This document shows, one piece after another, positions 17,129 to 28,134 of a stretch of DNA of 63,749 nucleotides. Numbering within the stretch: position 1 is the first letter of the stretch; each line of letters opens with the position of its first letter. The position numbers and the translations under genes were made by a program. The stretch covers positions 1 through 63,749 of IMG/VR virus record IMGVR_UViG_3300030390_001703. The stretch is one strand, 5' to 3'. The notes below the pieces were generated by a model. That model was not told the origin of the DNA and ran no database searches. It was given only the letters and a program-made list of their open reading frames with translations. Source of the stretch: a virus. Its lineage: Duplodnaviria; Caudoviricetes.

Positions 17129-19952
17129 ACAGGGTGGCAGCCGAGTTTTCTTCGACGTTGTAGGGCAGATGCAAGCGTCAAGGCTTATTTCCGATGCTTC
17201 GGAGATGGCTACTGTTGTTCAAGCAATCGTGCTTGACGCATTCGACGGTATCAAAGGTTCTCTCGACGGTATATTCTCAAGCGTCGGAACTGCAATTGAA
17301 GCAGTTCGTGAACCAGCTTTGGCTCTTGGTGAGTCCCAAATCTATTTTCGTAAGTTCTTTGACTTTGACGGCGTGGCTCAATATGAATCAGCAATCATTG
17401 ATCTTGGTGTAGCATTCGGGTTCACAGGAACAGAGGCACTTGAAGCAGGTGCAAGAATGGCTCAATTGGGCGGTCTATTCGGTTCTGGAGAGTCTATTGT
17501 AGCAGGAACAGAAGTCGGTATGGCCTTCGGTATGATCGGTGGTATGGAAACAGAAGACGCTCAACAGCGTCTAATCTCCCTCGCTCAACAAACAGGCTTC
17601 ATGTACGAAGGCGTAGGTAAGAAAGCCTTCTTTGCTATGGGAGCTGAAGAACAGCGACAAGTCGTACTTCGCAACTCTCTTTATGTTCTGGATCAACTAA
17701 ACACAGTCGAAAACAACTCCGTCGCTACGATGGAGCAACTTAGCACAGTGATGAATCAATTCTCTGCATCAGCTTCTATTGCCAACATGAGTATCGCTGA
17801 ACAGGCTGCATTATCAGCCACCCTGGTTGAATCCGGTGAGTCTGCGTCTAAGGCTGGCCGTGGTCTAAGGCAGATGCTACTACGAGTCGCCAGCGACACA
17901 GGAGGGGCTGCTACTGCACTTCACGAATACGGAGTAGCAACTCAAGACGTGAACGGCGACTTGGTAGGCTTGACTCGGATCATGCAGCAACTCAAGGACA
18001 ATGGGTTCGATGAGTTGGATTCAGCCCAACAAATGCAACTTGCTACGTCTGTTGCTGGTGCTAATCACGCTACTCGATTCATCAAGCTCATGGTGAACAT
18101 GGATCGTGTGACCACGCTTACGGCTGATGCTATCAGTCGAGAGTCCACAGCCCTTAGTGAAATGAACACCATAATGCAAACGGCAACATTCCAGGCAAAC
18201 CAAATGGCTGCTGCCCAAGAAACATTATCCGCTGCTATCGGCCAAGAACTTCTTCCAGCCATGACAAGGGCCGAAGGTGTTTCATTCTCTATGAAGCAGT
18301 CGTTCCTTGAGATGATGCAAACAAATCCAGACAACACAGGGTTGAATGCCTCCCTCGACAATACCGTTTCATTCCTCACAACAGGTGCTTCAAATGGTAT
18401 GATTATGGCTAATGCCATGTATGAGTTAGGTGGCGGTGCATTTGAGGCGTTCATGAACGTGCAATCTCTAATCATTTCAGTTCGAGTCTATCGAGTGATT
18501 ATGAAGCAGAATCTTGAGATTCAAAGAATGATGACTCAAGGTTTGCTTGGTCAAAAAGTGGCTATGCAGCAAATGTCGAACTTAGAGAACATAAAAATAT
18601 CTCAATCGGGAATACTAAAACAAAGTGAGTATTTCAAAAATCAATTGTTAAAAGACGGTCTTATGATCCAGAAGGAGTCGATTAGCTTTGGAAATATCAA
18701 GAATAGGCAATTAGCAGTCGAAAAACAGATAGCAACAGAAATCCTCGGATCAAAGAAAGCAAGCAACCATGCCGAACAAGAACTTGCTCGCTTGAAAGGT
18801 ATGACGGCAGCTATGACGCTTTCCCAAGCTGAAACAGTGTTAGCGGCCAACAACACAGAGATACTTGCACTTCAAGCCAAAGCAGGTAAAATACAGTCAA
18901 TTATTGCTCTCAAAGGCGAAGAACACATGATCGACGGTGTGACTGCCATAGAAACACAGAACTCTTTGACATTAGAAATTAACGCTCTCAACAATAAGAG
19001 AACTGTGATTCAGCAAGTAGTAGCGGGCCACACTCAATTAGCAAATGTCGAAGGTCGTGAAATGGGAGTCATGACCCAAAACACCAATGCTCGAATACAG
19101 GCGATAGCAAAGAAAAGAGAAGAGTTCCTTCAAACTCTCATGCTTCTTCGTGCTTCTGGTCATTTGACAAAGGCTGAACACGCGCAAATCTTGGCAACAA
19201 TGAATGCTACAAAGGCTAACGTTCAATACGCAAGCTCGGCACAGCGAATGCTTGGCGTTATGCTACGAATCCCACCCCAGGCTATGAGCGCAACTGCGGC
19301 TATGAACAGACTTGGTGGGGCTGCTGGTTTAGCAAGTATGTCACTTATGTTCATGGGTGACAGTGAGGATGCTATGCAAGCCTCTATGATCCTCATGGTT
19401 GCTTCAATGATTCCTGCTATCTTCTCGATGAGTGCTATGGGTGCGGCTACTGACAAAGCTACATTTTCAATGGTAGCATTCCAAGCAGTATCAACGGGCG
19501 GTCTTGCCCTTATTGCTATCGGAGCTTCTTTGCTTTTAGCAAGAAAGTTGATGAAAAATCACACAGAAGACTTAGTGGATAGTACGGTGAGCATAGCCGA
19601 AGGCTTCGACTTTGCCCAAAACTCAGCAAGCAACTTTGCGTTTGAACTTGACAAGCCAGGAGGCGCAACCGATCTTATGCTCGACTTTGGAAGTACAACC
19701 GAAGAATCTATGGATAAAGCCGAGAAGTCCATTCAAGACTTCATGAGCGCACGTGAAGAACTGTTCTTTGGATTCTCTGCAAGTCGAATGAACCAGACTC
19801 TATTCGATCAACTTGTCAATCAAGGTGTGGGCGAACTGTACTATCGAACAGAAGTCAATGTGAACAATCAATTCTTTGGTTTGACAACTGATGAAATGGT
19901 TAATCAAATCAGTTCTCAAGTTGAAGAACGAATCGTAGCGAGGGCTGGTTGA
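17121..19952 (+). CDS. Tail tape measure protein
   Basis: 943 aa, Ala/Met/Gln-rich helical; GESASKAGRGLR...L..YGV..D.NG core typical of TP901-like tape measures. Confidence 0.9.
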   Translation: MVRQGGSRVFFDVVGQMQASRLISDASEMATVVQAIVLDAFDGIKGSLDGIFSSVGTAIEAVREPALALGESQIYFRKFFDFDGVAQYESAIIDLGVAFGFTGTEALEAGARMAQLGGLFGSGESIVAGTEVGMAFGMIGGMETEDAQQRLISLAQQTGFMYEGVGKKAFFAMGAEEQRQVVLRNSLYVLDQLNTVENNSVATMEQLSTVMNQFSASASIANMSIAEQAALSATLVESGESASKAGRGLRQMLLRVASDTGGAATALHEYGVATQDVNGDLVGLTRIMQQLKDNGFDELDSAQQMQLATSVAGANHATRFIKLMVNMDRVTTLTADAISRESTALSEMNTIMQTATFQANQMAAAQETLSAAIGQELLPAMTRAEGVSFSMKQSFLEMMQTNPDNTGLNASLDNTVSFLTTGASNGMIMANAMYELGGGAFEAFMNVQSLIISVRVYRVIMKQNLEIQRMMTQGLLGQKVAMQQMSNLENIKISQSGILKQSEYFKNQLLKDGLMIQKESISFGNIKNRQLAVEKQIATEILGSKKASNHAEQELARLKGMTAAMTLSQAETVLAANNTEILALQAKAGKIQSIIALKGEEHMIDGVTAIETQNSLTLEINALNNKRTVIQQVVAGHTQLANVEGREMGVMTQNTNARIQAIAKKREEFLQTLMLLRASGHLTKAEHAQILATMNATKANVQYASSAQRMLGVMLRIPPQAMSATAAMNRLGGAAGLASMSLMFMGDSEDAMQASMILMVASMIPAIFSMSAMGAATDKATFSMVAFQAVSTGGLALIAIGASLLLARKLMKNHTEDLVDSTVSIAEGFDFAQNSASNFAFELDKPGGATDLMLDFGSTTEESMDKAEKSIQDFMSAREELFFGFSASRMNQTLFDQLVNQGVGELYYRTEVNVNNQFFGLTTDEMVNQISSQVEERIVARAG

Positions 19953-19953
19953 G

Positions 19954-22900
19954 ATGAAAGACGTTTCAAACAGATTCACAGTCTGGCTTGCTGGTTTCTA
20001 TGAAGACTTCCAATCAATGCGAGTGATCTCCGAAGGAGAGGACTACGCCAGCACTGACTTCTTCACCAATCGAAGGGACTCTCACGCTGGCAACACTATG
20101 GCTTCACAGGCGTTAAACAACCCACGCTTTGCCTTTGACTACCTAACCAGGTCATTTACCTCAAAGAACCCACCTTCTCTTATTGGATCAGCGGCCTCGT
20201 CGGAAGCAGCATCTCTTCACAATGAAGGGCCGTCACAATGGCTCACCTACGACTCGAACCGTATTGGTGCGGCATTCTATGAGGGTCGAGCCTCACTCAC
20301 ATATCCAGACACTATCGGTGACGCTGCCTCCCTACGGACTTTCAATATAGCTCGAAGGGCTGACTTCTCACGTTTTGCTTCTGGATGGGGTACACAAAAC
20401 GAGTATTGGGTTCGTCAAGGAGATACCGATGCGACCTACGAAAGAAGCGGATTCACTGTCAACGCTACGCATGGCTATCCATTCGGCACTGCTTCAACAA
20501 GAGGCTATGGCAAGTTCGACATAGCATCACTACAACCTGCTGACACATCGGGAGTGCCACAACAGCGAGGGTCGATAGGATTTGACATCTCTAATTATCG
20601 TAAGCATAAGGTCATGCACAGCTCCAGCTTGTGCGGTGTCTATCTTGGTGAAACAGGCCAAGTCGCTGTCACTTCTTCTGGTATAGGCTTGCCCTACGCA
20701 TACCTTTACCCTATCAAATCCCCATCGGGCAAACCTTTCTTCCGCCACACCATGTCAAGAAGAGTGGCAGATTATTTGTCAAGTCAAGTGAGTCAAAATG
20801 GCTCGACCAACAAGTATAACTTCGCAGGACCACTAATTATCAAGAACTTCCCAGACGAAGGCGCACTTGGGGCTGACGATCAATGGTTCGCATTAAGCAC
20901 TACGACTGAATCAGTAGTGGCAACGGGCTTGTCATTTCCCTCTGGAGCAACAAGTATCACCCTACCACACACCCTTCCCTCTCCCCCATCAACAACCAAC
21001 ATTCTTAATCCATCCAATAACAGGCATTTACCTAACAAATCAAGCGGGACTCCAACTCAAACTTTACAGATCGGAGTTGCGACTTATACCTATTCTGGAT
21101 TAAGCGTTAGTGGTAGCGGAGATGTGACATTCTCTGGACTAAGCCCAGCCTTACCAAGCACACAAATACAGCCAACGGTTATCTTTTCTAAATGGACTAA
21201 TCAAGCGGCTGCTGACACTTCTTTAACGATATACAACATCACCACAGCAGGAACACCTGATCCTACAAGTATCGTCTTTCAAAACAGGCAAGATACCAGC
21301 GACGGCTTAGGTAGGCCACAACTTAATTTTAGGGATAATGCAGGGAACGTAGTTCAAACATCAGCAAGAACTCAAAATGGATCTGTTACCCAAGACACAC
21401 CCAGGTTCACTGTTAGTTCCAACACAGCGAAAGGCTACACGTATTATGTTGTGACTTTGACTTTAGAAAACCCAGACGGATTCGTGACAAATCCAGATTA
21501 TCAATTCTGCCGTGATCCGTTCTTCTCGTCTTTTGGAAATGTGTATGGTCGCCTGGGATTGGGTGACTACCTCACGCGAGAAAATCAAAGTCTTCCAGAG
21601 AAAATAACCGTCGTAAATAATGATGGTTCATACATGACTGATGGGGCTTGGCTTGGAGCTGTTGCTACTGTCAATGTTCGTCAAGCAACTTATGGATCAT
21701 ACACTGCTAACAACGGGCGACCTTTAGATGGTATGTTTGGATTCCAGCCTGTGATCGTCGGTGACACCGAGCTCAACGCTCAAACAGACGGCGAGCGATT
21801 CACCATTCGACTTGCGAATCAATCATTCAACAACGCTCAATCGGCATCTCCAGGGGAAGTTGATGCTTCGTATATGCTCTCTGTTGGATATTGTCAAACA
21901 CAAACAGGATTCTCTTTGAACGAAAGAGGCAATATGGCCGGTTCTAAAGCTGCTATCACGCACTTGTTTAGACCCGTCACAGGTCAAGGTCTTGCTGCAC
22001 CTCGCCAAACATTATTCAAAATGTTCACCGAAGGTACTACGGGCAAGACGAACTACACTTTGGATCAACTGTGGTATGACCTCGATATTGTCATGGACTT
22101 CACCTCACAGGGCTACGTGGTGTTTCATGATGGTGCAGCCGTTGGTGGTCTTACGAACTTCAACGCTAAACATGACGGTTCAGCTTGGACTGCGGCTGAC
22201 TTCTATGGTTGGTCGTTAGGTGTTCAACTTCAAACCGTTGTTGATGAAACAGACACTACGAGTTGGAATAACATCGTCACTATGATTGATCGTGCTGCCT
22301 ATATCTATGCTCTTGATGGTCGAATTGACACAGGAGGGGCTATTCCAACCTCGCCAAGTGAAGATTTCATCGTGGATAAGTTCAAGATCGTCAAGCAGGT
22401 CGATGGTATCAGTCAAATGGAATTGAATGTCATTGACGATACAGATTTATTGAATCTCCCTCAACTGTATTCTGGTCGGCCAAATTGGAAAGTTCTCCTG
22501 TTCCGAGATAACGACTATCGACCTATTCATTCTGCTATCGTAGCAAATGTCAATTGGAAGCAGAACGCCCAAAAGAAAACAAAGGAACTTGCTTTGAAAA
22601 GCAAAGACTCGATGGGTGAACTTGACTTCCAATTCCCCTACTTTGACGTAGGACAAAAAGATGGTGCGCCAAGTCTGGTTGCTGCATACCGTCGATACGA
22701 AGTTACGAACTATGCAAACATATTCCACTTTGGAGCTACTTCACTACTCAATCTCAACATGGTTCTTGGACTCGATGAAGACAGCAAAGGATCAACAGGA
22801 GAATACTTGCCTCGTTATGACCAACGAATGCGATTGTTTTCTGGTCATCCTATCCAAATGTACTCGAATGAAGAAGTCAACGGTCCGAACTATGTCGAAG

Positions 22901-25900
22901 ATGCTTGGGAAGTAAGTCGTCGCATAGATCACTTCATGCCAGACGCTAATGATGCTACAAAGACCAGAGCTGTATTTACATCGGACGCTATCAAGTGGTC
23001 GGAAGACCAAATACCAGCAGGTGTCAAAATAGCAATCAAAGGCAATTGGCGAAACGCTGGATCAAGTGTAGGAGGAAATAGTAGCATTAAGTCGTTGCCG
23101 GAGTTCGCTGAAAAAGGCTTCTTGACTTCACATTCTGGCTCAACAAACCCACAAACAACTCCCCAAAACGTATATCGTGGCGAATGGACTTCGGAACAAG
23201 CTCAAAGCGTTGTCACTTTCAATGCTATTGCTGCTGCAACGTCATTAGTCGTTGCTGACACCTCATTATTCCCTGCTTCTGGAACTGTAAAGGTCGGAGG
23301 TACGGGAGCATCGGCGTTTGGGGCTACACAAGTGACCTACACATCGAAGAACTCGACAACACTGTTCCTTTCTGGGGCAATAGGTCAAGACTTTGCCACA
23401 GGGACAGTAGTGAGGGAAACAACGAGTACAAATTATGTCATTATAGACCAAGCCTGGCAACGATCAATGGTCATCACCGACCTTCGAAATGACGGAACAG
23501 GCAAGTTACAAATGACAATAGCCACCGATCCTACTTCTTACGCTGGAATTAGCTACGAATTAGGAGGTGGAACAGGTTATGCGAATCCCGATTCTGCCCT
23601 GGCTAAGAATGATTTGATGACTCCTACGTTAGTACCAAGCGATCAGCAGTTCCGTATTTACATGAAACCTAACTCCGCTGGAACAGGTCATAACTCCAAT
23701 GTGGCTGACCTACCAAGCCAAGTGTTTGAAACGGTTTCGGTATCGGCAAATGGAAGCAGTCAAGCAACCTTTGTCACCACTACAAATGTTGCCTCACTGT
23801 CGGCAGGTCTTCAAGGAGCTTTACCTCTCACATTAGCGGCATCTTCTGGTGGTCTTGCTGACGGCTTAGAAGCTGACTTAGCCTACATGACATTCCCTAA
23901 ACAAAGACAAAAAGCGTTCTCTCTTCGCAACGTAGGTTCTTCTTATGCTCATCGAGATACTCACGCACGTTGGATTCGTGACATTCCTCAATCCCTATGG
24001 TTCCAAAAGACATTCGGCATTATGTCCGAATACCCATACGGAGCTACGGGTTGGTCGGGTTCTGCCTACACCAACGCAGCGACTCAAGACCTCGCAAGCA
24101 ATTTTAATTCTGGAGTCGATACGACAATTGCCCTTGCTGATACCTCAAAGTTCCCCTTCGCTGGTGTTTGTGAGATATGGTCTAACGATCCTTCTCCAAG
24201 AGCATTAAACAGTAGCAACGCAGTTATGCTTACCTCGTTTGCATATTCGGGCAAGACCTCGACTACGCTAACCAACGTTATGTTTGCCGACGCTAACAAA
24301 GGCGTTATCCCTATCAGTGGTGGGGCTGGATCAACAAGAGTTATCGCTCGAAACATTAGTGGTGACTACAAGCACTGTTTCATTCTCTGGGCCGATATGC
24401 GAAACGATGGATCAGCAGACGCAGATGGTGGGCGAAGAAAAGAAGACTTCGGGTTGATTCACCCTGTTCAACAGAACTACAAAATCAGCGTAGTGTGGGC
24501 TGAAACTGGAAAAGCATTTGTCGATCTCAAGCTCGGCCAAGACTGTGATATTTGGTCTTTAGATGCTAAGAATGACCCTGCGGCTACTGCTATTGCTGGT
24601 GGTTCAAAGAAAGCCTGGTCGGACGATCCTTCAGCAATCATGCTTGATTATGCTTCTCCGCCAACTCTTGTAGGTGGAAGAAGTGACGATACAGAATTAT
24701 TGGACTACTACAAAGATTGGCAAGACACCGCAGGTGCGTTTATTGTAGTCGATTTGTCGAAGTTCTTCAACGTCAACACAGAAGCTAACAATGGTCGTCT
24801 GGCTCAATCGTCTGGAGGCAACAAGCCTCTCGGAGAATATCTTGTTGAGGGTGCAGGTACACCTACGCTTATTGATTCGTATTGGTATCACGCAGCAGCA
24901 ACATTCCAAAACGCCGAGGAACCTATTCTCCAACACCAAAACTCTTACCGATGGGTCGATGCTGAAACAATCATAACGGCGGATCAAGTGTCATCGACCA
25001 CAGGAACTTTGTCGAATCTTGAAAGTACAGCAGACTTCCCCGCCAGGTTAGGTCTTACTTCTTTCGCAGGACAAAGCACCGCAGGTTTGATTGAATCAAA
25101 AACATTTGACGCAAACGGCAACGAGTCCGATATTCAATATGTGTTCACCTATACAGGGAAGAACGGCACGACTGAACTTACAGGCTTCAAATATCGTGAA
25201 GTGCGACAAACAGAAACCGTTGATGTAGCGGCTGGTTTGCTTTGGTCTGGCGATGCTTTCACTGTCGTTGGTGTTCCAGCCATGCAAGCAGAAGGAACAG
25301 TGATTCGTGCTTCGCTTGGATCAGCATTCCCTATGGGCTTCATGCTCAAGGTTGAGGGCAAAGTCAAATCTCCAAGCGGAGGTAACTACTTTGAGAATGA
25401 CAAGATTCGTATTTATCAAAAATCAGCTCTTTACAGCGATTGGTTTAAGCAAATCACTCTCCCTGCTCTATCGGACATTAACAACGTGCCTATGCTTGAA
25501 GACTTCAACGTGAGTGGCAACACTGCTGGTGCAGGTACGGTTGAGTCATTCGGTAGCGTTACAGAGGGGCAGAACAAGTCCATATTCCAAGTTATGAGAA
25601 CTCTCGGACAAAGCGCAGGTGTCGGTGACGGAGGATCACTTATCACCCTTAACTTCCAAATGGGGCGAGATAACCGCATGGAGTTCCGACCAACATACAA
25701 TTGTGGACTTTCACTAACAAGGGATAATCTCAAGGTGTCGAATCTCAAGACGAGTAAGGCTGCTTCTTTCAGTCACATTCGAGTCCTTTTCAACGGTGGA
25801 GAATCTTCGGTTACATTCCCTACTCTTGAATACAAAACGAATGTTCGGTTCAAGTACGTTAATGCTACTGATGTGTCTTCATTTGAGCAAGCTCTTGTTA

Positions 25901-28134
25901 TCGCTAAACAAGAATACCAAAAGAAAAAGGAACCTTCATTCAGTGTTGAGGCAGAAGTTATTCGAGATGCAAACGAAACACAGCGCGTAGGACCAATGCT
26001 GTCTAACGCTCGCTACGGATATATCGCTGATCCAGCCGTTCAATTAACGGGTCGAAACGGTGGATATTGGACTGCTGGCCGAGGTGGTATGCACTTTGGA
26101 GGACAAAACAACCCACTTCACGGCGGCATAGGTGGCTACGGACAATTGAACTTACTAACCTACCAATTTAACACAGCACTTGGTATTGGTATTGGTGGCT
26201 ATGCTGGAGCTGATGACTACACTACGACATACGGCAACGGTTTGGCCCACTACCCAACAAACGACCTTTACAATCAATTCCCCTGGACTCAAATGTACTA
26301 TTGGTACGGATCAAAGTCGGTGTCGTATGCAGTTCAAATCGTACACATTCCAAAGTCGATGCCAACAGTTAGTGAAACGACGGGTGAAGAACTTCGTATT
26401 TTCATATCGGATGCAGTAGCCTCAATCCCTGCCGGTGATCGTGTTGACAACTTGACAGCCACTAAGAAGTTCAGCATCCACTTTGCAGACTACGACTTCG
26501 ATGAGGTGCAGTCTGGAGGTCATGTGCCTAAGCTCCAAGCAACACAGCATGGTATTGAAACAATCACTACACTCGGTTCTGGCTACTTTGAAGTGCCTAT
26601 CCCTGCGTCGTATTGGGCAGCAGGTAACGCTGCTGGATTCAAGATGGTCGTTTCAGTCAATGGAGAGTACCTTAACGCAGTGGCTCGACAAAAGACTGCT
26701 GATAAGTTCGGAGGCAACGCTGCAACAGGTCAAACAGGCGTTGTTGCTGCTGGCGGTCAAACCTTACCGACCTTTACCAATGTCAATGAGTTCTCCATAT
26801 TCCCTCTTGGGATTAGAGAATACCCCGAACTTGGATCATCAGCCGTTGAACGTGCGCCATACTACGCACCACGAGTCCACGTCACCGACGATATGAACTT
26901 CATACCAGGCACATACGCCCAATACACTGATTCGTTCATTGACATTGATGAGATAATGTACGTCACAAAGGTTGAGTACGAATACTCTTCAAAGGGTCTT
27001 AGCAAAACAAAGCTCCATCTTGAGCGTGAGTCTGGTCGAATGCCAGAAGGAATTGAGTCTTACCTTGCCAGCAATCCGTTCAATGATACGGGCGCAAGCG
27101 GTGGAGGTACAGGTGGTGGTGGTGCTGGTGGTAACGGAGGCAACACAGGAGGGCGTGAAGGCACACCCACAGGGCCGGTTGGCCCATACATACCTCCTAC
27201 TACCGATAACTTCCCATTCGCTTATGCAGGGGGGCAGGAGGGTACTTCGCCCGCAGAAACAACACCTCCTTTGTTGGGTGGAATCGCTGCCGATCTTGGG
27301 ACTGTGGCTACTCCTTCTCTTGGGGGAAGAAACTACCTTCGTTTGAACACCGATACCGGAGTTCAGCAAATGGGTCAAAGTGGCGATTTGAATACGAGAG
27401 AAATAAACTCGAACAATTTGAACGATGGAGTTATTGCTCGGATCAACAACAAGATGAGCTTAGACAACGTATTGCCTTCTGGCATTCAAGGAATACCTGG
27501 ACAACCTAAACCTTCTAAATTGCCACCGAAGGTTCGTGCTATCGAAGGTGTCGATACCAAGTTCGTTTCAGCAAGAGGACAGGCTGCTGTGACAAGCGGA
27601 GGCTGGGTGCTACCTGGTGCCTCTCAATTAGATGATGCAGAAGCGATAACTAACCCTGTTCATACGCTTGAGCTTAGTGCTACAACCCCAATGGATGCAG
27701 CACACCCCGTTCTTGGCATGAACGCTATCGTATCGTGTGAAGTGTTAGCTGATACGACCTTCTCTTTGACAACGACGATCACTTGCCCAGATACAGGCGA
27801 AACAATCTCTCACACCTACACAGAAGCACTAACAGCATCAGCAAACGGTATCAGTCGTAAGACTATCCCATTGATCCCACAGCAGTTCTTCGCCGCAGCA
27901 AATGTCGAAGGTCGAAACCTAAATGTCGTTATCTCTCGAAGTCCAAATCAAGGAAGCGACAATGCAATCTATTCAAGCGTTGTAGTTCATGGTGTTCAAA
28001 TGCAAAATGTAGTGCATAACAATCAAGGGACACCAGCGACAGACTCGTTATCGGCTTTCGCTGGCACTGAAAAGGACACAAGCGATACGACAGGTCACAG
28101 TATCAACGTGAACAGCAATACGAACCCTCTATGA
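19954..28134 (+). CDS. Giant tail-tip/baseplate hub-adhesin protein (2726 aa)
   Basis: Follows tape measure; Ser/Thr/Gly-rich beta domains, repeated T(T/S)I.LADTS.FP..G modules, hub-like C-terminal region. Confidence 0.75.
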   Translation: MKDVSNRFTVWLAGFYEDFQSMRVISEGEDYASTDFFTNRRDSHAGNTMASQALNNPRFAFDYLTRSFTSKNPPSLIGSAASSEAASLHNEGPSQWLTYDSNRIGAAFYEGRASLTYPDTIGDAASLRTFNIARRADFSRFASGWGTQNEYWVRQGDTDATYERSGFTVNATHGYPFGTASTRGYGKFDIASLQPADTSGVPQQRGSIGFDISNYRKHKVMHSSSLCGVYLGETGQVAVTSSGIGLPYAYLYPIKSPSGKPFFRHTMSRRVADYLSSQVSQNGSTNKYNFAGPLIIKNFPDEGALGADDQWFALSTTTESVVATGLSFPSGATSITLPHTLPSPPSTTNILNPSNNRHLPNKSSGTPTQTLQIGVATYTYSGLSVSGSGDVTFSGLSPALPSTQIQPTVIFSKWTNQAAADTSLTIYNITTAGTPDPTSIVFQNRQDTSDGLGRPQLNFRDNAGNVVQTSARTQNGSVTQDTPRFTVSSNTAKGYTYYVVTLTLENPDGFVTNPDYQFCRDPFFSSFGNVYGRLGLGDYLTRENQSLPEKITVVNNDGSYMTDGAWLGAVATVNVRQATYGSYTANNGRPLDGMFGFQPVIVGDTELNAQTDGERFTIRLANQSFNNAQSASPGEVDASYMLSVGYCQTQTGFSLNERGNMAGSKAAITHLFRPVTGQGLAAPRQTLFKMFTEGTTGKTNYTLDQLWYDLDIVMDFTSQGYVVFHDGAAVGGLTNFNAKHDGSAWTAADFYGWSLGVQLQTVVDETDTTSWNNIVTMIDRAAYIYALDGRIDTGGAIPTSPSEDFIVDKFKIVKQVDGISQMELNVIDDTDLLNLPQLYSGRPNWKVLLFRDNDYRPIHSAIVANVNWKQNAQKKTKELALKSKDSMGELDFQFPYFDVGQKDGAPSLVAAYRRYEVTNYANIFHFGATSLLNLNMVLGLDEDSKGSTGEYLPRYDQRMRLFSGHPIQMYSNEEVNGPNYVEDAWEVSRRIDHFMPDANDATKTRAVFTSDAIKWSEDQIPAGVKIAIKGNWRNAGSSVGGNSSIKSLPEFAEKGFLTSHSGSTNPQTTPQNVYRGEWTSEQAQSVVTFNAIAAATSLVVADTSLFPASGTVKVGGTGASAFGATQVTYTSKNSTTLFLSGAIGQDFATGTVVRETTSTNYVIIDQAWQRSMVITDLRNDGTGKLQMTIATDPTSYAGISYELGGGTGYANPDSALAKNDLMTPTLVPSDQQFRIYMKPNSAGTGHNSNVADLPSQVFETVSVSANGSSQATFVTTTNVASLSAGLQGALPLTLAASSGGLADGLEADLAYMTFPKQRQKAFSLRNVGSSYAHRDTHARWIRDIPQSLWFQKTFGIMSEYPYGATGWSGSAYTNAATQDLASNFNSGVDTTIALADTSKFPFAGVCEIWSNDPSPRALNSSNAVMLTSFAYSGKTSTTLTNVMFADANKGVIPISGGAGSTRVIARNISGDYKHCFILWADMRNDGSADADGGRRKEDFGLIHPVQQNYKISVVWAETGKAFVDLKLGQDCDIWSLDAKNDPAATAIAGGSKKAWSDDPSAIMLDYASPPTLVGGRSDDTELLDYYKDWQDTAGAFIVVDLSKFFNVNTEANNGRLAQSSGGNKPLGEYLVEGAGTPTLIDSYWYHAAATFQNAEEPILQHQNSYRWVDAETIITADQVSSTTGTLSNLESTADFPARLGLTSFAGQSTAGLIESKTFDANGNESDIQYVFTYTGKNGTTELTGFKYREVRQTETVDVAAGLLWSGDAFTVVGVPAMQAEGTVIRASLGSAFPMGFMLKVEGKVKSPSGGNYFENDKIRIYQKSALYSDWFKQITLPALSDINNVPMLEDFNVSGNTAGAGTVESFGSVTEGQNKSIFQVMRTLGQSAGVGDGGSLITLNFQMGRDNRMEFRPTYNCGLSLTRDNLKVSNLKTSKAASFSHIRVLFNGGESSVTFPTLEYKTNVRFKYVNATDVSSFEQALVIAKQEYQKKKEPSFSVEAEVIRDANETQRVGPMLSNARYGYIADPAVQLTGRNGGYWTAGRGGMHFGGQNNPLHGGIGGYGQLNLLTYQFNTALGIGIGGYAGADDYTTTYGNGLAHYPTNDLYNQFPWTQMYYWYGSKSVSYAVQIVHIPKSMPTVSETTGEELRIFISDAVASIPAGDRVDNLTATKKFSIHFADYDFDEVQSGGHVPKLQATQHGIETITTLGSGYFEVPIPASYWAAGNAAGFKMVVSVNGEYLNAVARQKTADKFGGNAATGQTGVVAAGGQTLPTFTNVNEFSIFPLGIREYPELGSSAVERAPYYAPRVHVTDDMNFIPGTYAQYTDSFIDIDEIMYVTKVEYEYSSKGLSKTKLHLERESGRMPEGIESYLASNPFNDTGASGGGTGGGGAGGNGGNTGGREGTPTGPVGPYIPPTTDNFPFAYAGGQEGTSPAETTPPLLGGIAADLGTVATPSLGGRNYLRLNTDTGVQQMGQSGDLNTREINSNNLNDGVIARINNKMSLDNVLPSGIQGIPGQPKPSKLPPKVRAIEGVDTKFVSARGQAAVTSGGWVLPGASQLDDAEAITNPVHTLELSATTPMDAAHPVLGMNAIVSCEVLADTTFSLTTTITCPDTGETISHTYTEALTASANGISRKTIPLIPQQFFAAANVEGRNLNVVISRSPNQGSDNAIYSSVVVHGVQMQNVVHNNQGTPATDSLSAFAGTEKDTSDTTGHSINVNSNTNPL

